NCBI GenBank assembly: GCA_043747615.1
Contig: JAYTOU010000033.1
Span: forward strand, 1 to 64,000
Direction: 5' to 3'
Origin: Myxococcales bacterium
Lineage (GTDB): Bacteria; Myxococcota_A; Polyangia; Polyangiales; Polyangiaceae
DNA length: 64,000 nucleotides
This document shows, piece after piece, positions 57,001 through 64,000 of the stretch; position 1 is the stretch's first letter, and every line of letters starts with the position of its first letter. A model generated the notes under the pieces. It saw only the letters and a list, made by a program, of their open reading frames with translations, had not been told where the DNA came from and did not search any database. The position numbers and the translations under genes were made by a program.

Positions 57001-58119
57001 ATGGAGATGGGTAGGCTTACGAAATACGGGCTCATCAGCGCGGCCCTCGGTGCGGCAGGCATTGCCGTCTTCGCGGCCTGCGGGTTCGATCCGCCTGAAA
57101 AACACTCCGGCGACGGCGGCGGCGGCGGCATCAACAAGTGCGTGGCGACGGCGGGCACTCTCGCGGCTCCGGATTGCGACAACTCCGACAACGTGTGCAC
57201 GGGCATGGGCTGCAGCATCGCGTCGACCTGCGGAGATACGGCGACGTGCCTGCCCCTCTCGACCAACGCCGGCAAGCCGCAGATCGACTTCCGCCTTCGC
57301 CGCCTGAACATCGCCGCGCCCGCGACACTCGCCGCCACCTTCATCCAGGCGACGGTCGTCACCAAGGGCATCGATCTCAACGCCAAGCAGTGCGGCGAAA
57401 AAGGCGACGGAGCCTTCAACTGGCTGCTCAGCATCGACAAGGCCACGATGAAGATGAAGACCGGCGGCGCGCCGAAAACGGCGGATCCGTTCGGCGTCGG
57501 CTTTTGCTTCTACGACCACACCACTGCCAGTGGGATCTTGGTCCAGCCCGTCGTGCAAGACATCAAGTTCACGGGTGACACGTTCTCGACGGTGACCCCC
57601 TCACCGCTTCTCAACGTGCCTATTTTCTTGGGCGAAAGTGTGATCGTGCTGCCGCTCTCGGAGGCGAAGCTCGAAAACGTCACCATCTCGAAGGATTCAA
57701 ACTGCATCGGCTCGTTCAACGCCCCCGCCCTCGACTCCGACTGCGCCGACGACCCTAGCTCGTGCGCGAAATGGAAGACGGCAGGAGCGCTCGGCGGGTA
57801 CATCACCATTGAAGCGGCCGACAAAGTTCCGGTCGACGTTCTCCACGAGACGCTCTGCGTCCTCCTCACCCAGGCGACGAAGGATCCGGCCACCGGCGGC
57901 TGTCCGCGCACGGACGGCAAGCTGACCCAGAAGGGCGACTACTGCTCCACGACCAAGAAGGCCGGCGACTGCGCCGACAGCTTCTGGCTCGCGGCGACGT
58001 TCGCGGCGAGCGCCGTGAAGATCAACGACGGCAAGAGCACCGACACCTGCGTTCCAGGCACTTCCGCCTCCGATGCGGGCCCCGACGCCGCCGACGCAAG
58101 CGACGCCGCGACCGACTAA
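57001..58119 (+). CDS. Cys-rich secreted lipoprotein of unknown function
   Basis: GGAGGAGG RBS, lipobox FAAC, many Cys, DAG-rich tail. Confidence 0.8.
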   Translation: MEMGRLTKYGLISAALGAAGIAVFAACGFDPPEKHSGDGGGGGINKCVATAGTLAAPDCDNSDNVCTGMGCSIASTCGDTATCLPLSTNAGKPQIDFRLRRLNIAAPATLAATFIQATVVTKGIDLNAKQCGEKGDGAFNWLLSIDKATMKMKTGGAPKTADPFGVGFCFYDHTTASGILVQPVVQDIKFTGDTFSTVTPSPLLNVPIFLGESVIVLPLSEAKLENVTISKDSNCIGSFNAPALDSDCADDPSSCAKWKTAGALGGYITIEAADKVPVDVLHETLCVLLTQATKDPATGGCPRTDGKLTQKGDYCSTTKKAGDCADSFWLAATFAASAVKINDGKSTDTCVPGTSASDAGPDAADASDAATD

Positions 58120-58346
58120 CGCACTACTTCATCGTCCCAGAGACGACGTCGTCCACTCGGTGGCCGAATCCAAAGCGATTCCCGCACTATCCCGGTCGGG
58201 ATGGTCACTGCCGGCCTGATTTGCGCGACGCGTTAGAGACAAATCTCTCTCGTCGATGCGCTTTTCTCGCGGATGGCTTTAGCGTAATGATGCGCTAGTG
58301 GCAGAATGAACGTGCGGCGCTGCTGCGCACGTCTTCGGAGGGATCC

Positions 58347-61300
58347 ATGCTTCGAGATCTTTGGCGTCGAGCCTTTGGGTTTGTCTTGTTTCTCACCATC
58401 GCCTCATGTGCAGGTGGGGGCGGGTGTGGCGGGTGCTCGGCGGCGATCCCAGGAGGGTTCCCGAGTGACTCGGTGATCCCGAACTCCGCGTCGCTGCGAC
58501 TCACGCGCCCGGGGCTCGATTTCATAGGCGCGAATCTCGGATCGGTGGCCTCCAAGGTGCTCGGTAAGGCCGGCGGGGTCTACTCGATCGACGTCCCGAA
58601 GAGCTCCCCTGAGATCACGGCGTTACCCATCCCGATCATTGGCGGGCACATCGTCCACTATATCGTAAACATCTGCCCGAACTCCCCGAATCCGTCCTCC
58701 GTACCCCCGGAGTGCATCGCGGACATCGGCATCGGAAACGCGCAGCTCCACCTCGACTCCGTCACCCCGGATTCGGTCCTCATCAGCGGCACCCTCCCCG
58801 TCCGCCTCCAGGATCTTCCGATCGACGCCAAGAGCCAGAACTTGCTCCCGGACATCAACGGCCTCCACGTCGCGATCGGCGCGCCGGCTGGCTCGGGACG
58901 GTGCAATGGCCCCACGCCGACGGTCGACTATCAGGCGTTCCCTCTCGACATCTCGCTGCCGATCGTGGCCGAGACCCTCGCGCCGCGCGCCGGCTACTCG
59001 AAGATCGACATTGCCAACGCGATCGTGAACGTCGACATCAAGCAGAATGACGTGACCGTTTGCGGGAGCTGTTTCCTCGATGGCCTTCCGGGCTGCGGCA
59101 GCGGCGCTTGCTGCGACGCCGTCTTCAACTTCATCAAGAACCAAGCGTTCGGCACGCTCAAGAACAAGGTCACCGACATCCTGAAGACCCAGCTCGGCGA
59201 CGCGCTCTGCACCAAGCCGGACCCCACGCTCACCCCCCAGTGCCCCACGGCAACGGAAGTCAGCGCGGACAAGAAATTCTGCATCTTCCCTGGGACGACC
59301 CAGTGCGTTTCGAGGCAGCTCGGCACCGACGGTCACGTGGACCTCGGAAGCGCGCTCCGCAGCATTTCTCCGGGCACCTCGGGCGGGCTGAATTTCGTGC
59401 TCGCCGGCGCAGGCGCGATGGACGCCGCTCCCAACATGCCCGCCGACGACATCGGTTACGTGGGCCATACTCCGAACGGCCTCACGCTCGGCATGCTCGG
59501 CGGCGCGGTGCCCCAGCCGCAGTCAACGTGCGTCCCGATGTTCAAGAACACCGCCCCCACCGGCATTCCTGTGCCGGACGAAATGCGTCTCGACACCCAG
59601 GCGCCCTGGCCCATGGGCGTGCCCCAACCCGACCTCGGCATCGCGCTCGCGGGGCGCTTCCTCAACTACGCGTTCGGCAGCATGTACAACAGCGGCCTCC
59701 TCTGTCTCGGCGTCTCGACCGAGCAGTTCCAGCAGCTGCAGAGCGGCCTACTCAGCATTCTCATTCCATCCATCAAAAACCTTACCCTCGAGCAAAAAGG
59801 CGCGGCTGTCGCGATCACCACGCGTCCGCAAGTTCCACCGGTCGTGAAGATCGGGAGCGGCAAAGACATCAAGACCGACCCGCTCCTCAGCGTCGAGCTC
59901 AAGCAGTTCGCGGTCGACTTCTACGTGTGGAGCGAAGACCGCTACGTGCGCGCCTTCACGTTCACGGGCGACCTCACCATCCCCATCAATCTGTCCACGG
60001 CGAAGGATCCCAAAACGAACCCGAACGGCGGTCTCTTGCCGGTGCTCGGCGACATCGCCATCGCCAACGCGACCGTGACCAACAGTGATCTGCTCCTCGA
60101 TGATCCGGCGACGATCGCCAGCTCCCTCTCCGCGATCTTGGGCGGTCTCTCGGGCCAGCTCTTCGGCGCGCTGAAGCCTTTCGACATCGGCGGCGCGCTG
60201 AAATCTTTCGGAATGGGAATGACTATCCCCGACGGCGGGATTCGCAAGCTTCACAAAGGCAGCGACGACTTCCTCGCGATCTTCGGCAACCTCGCGCTCT
60301 CCAAAAACGCGATCGTCGAAGCCGACACCGAGGCCCGCATCATTGGCAAGACGGTCCATCCCGAGGCGATGTCCCTCGGCACCATCACCCGCGACAAGCT
60401 CCCGGAGTTGAACGCCATCTTCTCTTCGCCGCTCGACAACGGCTCGCACCTCGTCGAGTACGCGTGGGCAATCGACGAGGGGACGCGAAGCGCGTGGTCG
60501 CGTGATCGCGAAGTCACGGTGAAGAGCGATTACCTTGTTTTCCAGGGTAGACACACGCTCAAGGTCTGGGCCCGCGAAGTCGGCCAGCAAGCAAGCGAAG
60601 ACTCCACGCCGGCCCTCGTCCCGTTCACGATCGACACGCTCGCTCCGAAGGTCGAGATCAAAGAAACCGCAGCGGGCACGTCGGCCGTCAAGGCTTGGGA
60701 CTTCGTCAGCGACGAGTCTGCCCTCGTTGCGCGTTACCGCGTTACCACTTCGGGCCACGCAGGTGCGGCCGCAACGCTGGGCGAGTTCGGGGAATGGGCG
60801 CCCGCCGCGACGCTCGCTTCCCTGTCCACGCCTGGGGCGATCTCCGTCGACGTCGAAGTTCGTGACGAAGAGGGCAACGTCGGCACGGTGAGCTCCGCGC
60901 TCATCCGCGGTCGTCCCGATCCTTCGCTGGCCGCTGGCGGTGGGTGCGGCTGTTCGACGCCGGGCTCCACGAACGTCTCGGGAGGCTGGGGCCTCTTCGC
61001 GCTCGGCGGGCTCTTCGCGTTCTCAAGCCGACGATGGCGTCGGCGCGCTTCCTCCTTGCGGAGCACCGCGGCCGCGGTTGGCCTCGGAACGATCACCTTC
61101 GTCGCCTCCACCAGCCAGGGTTGCTCCTGCGCAGGTGCCGGCGACGTGAACGCCGAAGGTTGCGGCACGGACTGCAAACAGGTCTGCAATCCCGCGCTGC
61201 CGCAGGGGCTCATCGGCGCTTACACCTCGGTCTCGAAAGCGAAGGACGGAACGATCTGGGTCGCCGGGTACAACGACGCCGTCGTGACACCAGACGAAAA

Positions 61301-62606
61301 TCACCTCTACGGAGACCTCGTGGTCGGCAAGTACGACGTGGCCAAACAGCAGGTCGCGTGGCAATCGGTGGACGGCGTCCCCGCGCGCACCGACGGAACG
61401 TGCCCCTCCAACGAGCGGCACGGCTGGCGCGGCGGCGAAACCGAAGGCGGCGACGACGTCGGCCGCTACACGAACATCGTGCTCGATCCCCAGGATCGGC
61501 CGATGGTCAGCTACTTCGACGACACGCACACCGCGCTCAAGTTCGCCTCGTACGACGGCGAGCATTGGTCGACCCACACGGTCACTGGCGCGCCCGGGAG
61601 CGACATCGGCCGCTACGCAAAGATGACGATCGTCGCCGGCAATCCGGTCATCGCCTTCCTAGTCATGGAAAAAGGTAACGGCGGGCACATGCGCTCCAAG
61701 GTGGCGCTGGCCAAGGCCTCCACTGCGACACCGCACGCCCCCGCCGATTGGGCCTTCGAGGACGCCGTCATCGACGAAAGCGGCCCCTGCCGCGCGCAGT
61801 TTTGCGACGGCACGGATGCGTGCGTGATCTCCACCGGAGCCTGCACGCCGACCGTCCTCGGATGCACCCCGGCCGACTGCGGAAAAGGAAAAGCCTGCGT
61901 CACCGTCAGTGGAAAAGCGACGTGCGCGAGCATCGCAGACACCGGCTTCGTCCAAGCATTGCCGAGCGCATTTGGCGACTACATCAGCATGGTCAACGGG
62001 CCGCAGGGGCTCGGCATCGTGGTCTACGACCGCTACCACGGAAACTTGGTGGGCGTTGCCAACGGCGGAAGCGCCTGGGTGGCAACGACGCTCGACGGAG
62101 AGACGGGCGCTCGCTCGACCAACACCGCGAAGGACACGGGCGACGTCGGCGTGGCGGCATCCCTCGCCATCACGTCGAACGGAGACTGGCACGTGAGCTA
62201 CGTCAACGGCATCAAAGAGACGCTCCAGTACATTCTCGTTCCGGGCGGGAAAACCGGCCTGAAACCGGAGATCATCGACGACGGCGCAGGGCTCGGCGTC
62301 GGCGCCCCCGCGTTCGCAGACGGCCTTCACGTCGTGGGCGACGACTCGAGCATTCAGGTCGACGAGTCCACGGGAACGATCACCGTCACCTACCAAGACT
62401 CGACGGTGGGGGAGCTCCGCATTGCGACCGGAGCCGTCAGCGGCGCAGGGCACACCTGGACCGTGCGAAGTGTTCCGCAGCCCAATCGGTTCGCGGGCTT
62501 CTTCCCCGTCCACACTGCCGGCTTGCCGCAGATAGCCAACTGGTGGCGAACGACCGATCACACCGCGAAGTCGATCTCGGGCGACGTCGCCTTCATCACG
62601 CCGTAG
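58347..62606 (+). CDS. 1419-aa surface lipoprotein: BPI/LBP-like region, Ig-like region, internal MYXO-CTERM-like motif, second signal/lipobox, C-terminal Cys-rich beta-propeller-like domain
   Basis: N-terminal LTIASC; LRLTRPGLDFI and LGIALAGRFLNYAFGSMYNSGLL motifs; GGGCGCS..WGLFALGGLFAFSSRRWRRR starting at aa 864; repeated G.D.GRY..I..P.VSY blades. Confidence 0.85.
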   Translation: MLRDLWRRAFGFVLFLTIASCAGGGGCGGCSAAIPGGFPSDSVIPNSASLRLTRPGLDFIGANLGSVASKVLGKAGGVYSIDVPKSSPEITALPIPIIGGHIVHYIVNICPNSPNPSSVPPECIADIGIGNAQLHLDSVTPDSVLISGTLPVRLQDLPIDAKSQNLLPDINGLHVAIGAPAGSGRCNGPTPTVDYQAFPLDISLPIVAETLAPRAGYSKIDIANAIVNVDIKQNDVTVCGSCFLDGLPGCGSGACCDAVFNFIKNQAFGTLKNKVTDILKTQLGDALCTKPDPTLTPQCPTATEVSADKKFCIFPGTTQCVSRQLGTDGHVDLGSALRSISPGTSGGLNFVLAGAGAMDAAPNMPADDIGYVGHTPNGLTLGMLGGAVPQPQSTCVPMFKNTAPTGIPVPDEMRLDTQAPWPMGVPQPDLGIALAGRFLNYAFGSMYNSGLLCLGVSTEQFQQLQSGLLSILIPSIKNLTLEQKGAAVAITTRPQVPPVVKIGSGKDIKTDPLLSVELKQFAVDFYVWSEDRYVRAFTFTGDLTIPINLSTAKDPKTNPNGGLLPVLGDIAIANATVTNSDLLLDDPATIASSLSAILGGLSGQLFGALKPFDIGGALKSFGMGMTIPDGGIRKLHKGSDDFLAIFGNLALSKNAIVEADTEARIIGKTVHPEAMSLGTITRDKLPELNAIFSSPLDNGSHLVEYAWAIDEGTRSAWSRDREVTVKSDYLVFQGRHTLKVWAREVGQQASEDSTPALVPFTIDTLAPKVEIKETAAGTSAVKAWDFVSDESALVARYRVTTSGHAGAAATLGEFGEWAPAATLASLSTPGAISVDVEVRDEEGNVGTVSSALIRGRPDPSLAAGGGCGCSTPGSTNVSGGWGLFALGGLFAFSSRRWRRRASSLRSTAAAVGLGTITFVASTSQGCSCAGAGDVNAEGCGTDCKQVCNPALPQGLIGAYTSVSKAKDGTIWVAGYNDAVVTPDENHLYGDLVVGKYDVAKQQVAWQSVDGVPARTDGTCPSNERHGWRGGETEGGDDVGRYTNIVLDPQDRPMVSYFDDTHTALKFASYDGEHWSTHTVTGAPGSDIGRYAKMTIVAGNPVIAFLVMEKGNGGHMRSKVALAKASTATPHAPADWAFEDAVIDESGPCRAQFCDGTDACVISTGACTPTVLGCTPADCGKGKACVTVSGKATCASIADTGFVQALPSAFGDYISMVNGPQGLGIVVYDRYHGNLVGVANGGSAWVATTLDGETGARSTNTAKDTGDVGVAASLAITSNGDWHVSYVNGIKETLQYILVPGGKTGLKPEIIDDGAGLGVGAPAFADGLHVVGDDSSIQVDESTGTITVTYQDSTVGELRIATGAVSGAGHTWTVRSVPQPNRFAGFFPVHTAGLPQIANWWRTTDHTAKSISGDVAFITP

Positions 62607-62609
62607 CTC

Positions 62610-62873
62610 TTAGGCTGCGCAGAATTCGCCGCCGCCAAGCACGTTCCCGAGCGGGCGCATCGCAGGGCCGGAAGCGCGTTCGCGCTCTTGAGCGACGAGC
62701 TCTAGCAGCTCCTCTTTGCCGGCCATTCCGGTCTCAAGCACGGCGCGCATGTATCCGTCTACGTAGCCGTGCGCCCGCGCCAATCGCGCGTGGGTCTCGC
62801 CGGCTGCCTTCGCCGCGAAGATGTCCCGAAGCATGCCGCGGAGCTCGTTCAAAACCTCGGTCTTGGTACGCAT
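62610..62873 (-). CDS. Small conserved myxobacterial hypothetical protein
   Basis: 87 aa, LARAHGYVDGYMR..L..G...ELL..V motif; convergent with the large gene. Confidence 0.7.
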   Translation of the reverse strand: MRTKTEVLNELRGMLRDIFAAKAAGETHARLARAHGYVDGYMRAVLETGMAGKEELLELVAQERERASGPAMRPLGNVLGGGEFCAA

Positions 62874-62973
62874 ACGTTGGGCTTACAGAATGCGACGGTG
62901 CGGGGCCAAATTTGCGGCATACGGATTATTGGAGCTTTCCTGGGCGTTCGAGTAGACGAAACGTCTGGCGACA

Positions 62974-63999
62974 ATGGTGAACGATGCGCAAAAAACCGGC
63001 GCCACGAATGAGCGCGTCGAAGCGGCCTACGATGCGCTGGGCAAGCACCCGTGCCTCTCCGACTTGGTGGCCATCGCCCGCGCGGTGATCACCCATGTTG
63101 CCGACGCACGGAGTGCAAGCGCAAAGGGGCCAGGCGCGCGCGCCCTCGCCGACGAAGCAAAGCTCGGCGTGGAAGGCGCCACGACCCCGTTCGGCGATCC
63201 AATCGCCACGCTCGAGCGCGGCCCCGAGAACGACGCCGAGCGCGCGCTGTGCTGCGCGTTGTGGGCGCACGCGATCGCTGAGAGCCCGCCGAAGGCCCAA
63301 GAGGCGGAGGATCGCCTAGCCTCCGACATCCTGTGGCTCGCCGCGCACACGCCGTACGACGCGACGCCGCTCCTCGATCGCGCGCTCGGTGAGAGCGCCG
63401 GAGAAATTTGGGCGGCCGTCGCGGATCGCATTCGTCGCATCGACGCGCACAAGCTCCCCGACCTCGGTCGCGGCGAAGCGCTCCTCGGCGCGGCCGCTCT
63501 TGCTCTTTCTTCGTCCCCGACCGCCGCAAAGCAGGCAAAGGCCCTCGCGAGCGAGCTTAAAGATCCAGCGCTCCTCCGGATGTTCGCGGGGCGAGGAAAC
63601 GCGAGCGCCGCAGACGAGCACATCGTGGGCGAGATGGCCCCGGTTCCCCGAACGCCGCTGGCCACGACTGCGCTCGCGCTCACGGGACTGCTCTTCTTGA
63701 TCCACGGAGCTCGCCTCGCGGCGAGACTCACGCTCGCGTACCGGCGCCCGGCCGAGGTGACCCTCTCCGGTCAGAGCGTTACGATTCACTTCCGCACGAT
63801 CATCCTTGGTCGCACTCTTAACGAGCGGACTGTGATCTTCGGTCGCGAAGGCCTGGTGCGCGCCGCGCGTGAAGTTCGTTACCCGAATGCTGCGTTCTAT
63901 TCGGGGCTTCTCGCTCTCGCTCTCGGCAGCTACGTCGGAGTCTCTACGTTCGTCGAGGGCGCGCGCGCGGCATCTCCGTCTCTCCTGATGATCGGATTT
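62974..63999 (+). CDS. Hypothetical membrane protein (3' end runs off the window)
   Basis: Read by hand: MVNDAQKTGATNERVEAAYDALGKHP..WLAAHTPYDA..; TM segments near the end. Missing from the ORF track because it has no stop in the window. Confidence 0.75.
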   Translation, partial: MVNDAQKTGATNERVEAAYDALGKHPCLSDLVAIARAVITHVADARSASAKGPGARALADEAKLGVEGATTPFGDPIATLERGPENDAERALCCALWAHAIAESPPKAQEAEDRLASDILWLAAHTPYDATPLLDRALGESAGEIWAAVADRIRRIDAHKLPDLGRGEALLGAAALALSSSPTAAKQAKALASELKDPALLRMFAGRGNASAADEHIVGEMAPVPRTPLATTALALTGLLFLIHGARLAARLTLAYRRPAEVTLSGQSVTIHFRTIILGRTLNERTVIFGREGLVRAAREVRYPNAAFYSGLLALALGSYVGVSTFVEGARAASPSLLMIGF

Positions 64000-64000
64000 T

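Noticed and set aside
58120..58346. 227-bp intergenic region checked for riboswitch, tRNA or sRNA
   Set aside because: No recognisable conserved motif or cloverleaf by eye; an Infernal/Rfam scan would be needed.

Overview
High-GC (roughly 65% by eye) chromosomal segment from a myxobacterium, most likely Polyangiales (Sorangium/Labilithrix-like). The assignment rests on multiple Ser/Thr kinases, Cys-rich lipoproteins, a MYXO-CTERM-like motif, TIGR04552/TIGR02757/DUF507-type genes and a split nuo cluster. All family calls are from motif recognition by eye; no database search was run. 1-10 kb is an accessory, mosaic region with lipoproteins, a methyltransferase, GNAT, VOC, a beta-helix protein and several gene remnants. 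It is followed by an imuA-imuB-dnaE2 mutagenesis cassette with a LexA-like box, a DEAD-box helicase, larE, bfr-bfd with a Fur-like box, an M48 peptidase and a membrane kinase. Next come an NFACT-R / TPR-dynamin / lptA / lptB operon, an OmpA/Pal lipoprotein, a sigma-factor/anti-sigma-like fusion, a FemAB-like GNAT, gloB, a sulfatase-like gene and a 1832-aa EAD-like/kinase/TPR protein. The right part holds nuoABCDGHI, TIGR02757/TIGR04552, a broken yicC, gmk-mtnP-pfkB and a 1419-aa surface protein. The best novelty candidates are: (i) the 1419-aa protein, with BPI/LBP (TULIP)-like lipid-binding motifs and an internal MYXO-CTERM followed by a second signal/lipobox, a possible surface polyprotein; (ii) the death-like EAD-kinase-TPR giant; (iii) a dynamin-like GTPase coupled to lptAB; (iv) the membrane-anchored sigma/ZAS fusion; (v) a lipoprotein-like protein ending in tandem myxobacterial ribbon-helix-helix-like domains. 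No rRNA, tRNA, CRISPR array, integrase or transposase was recognised.
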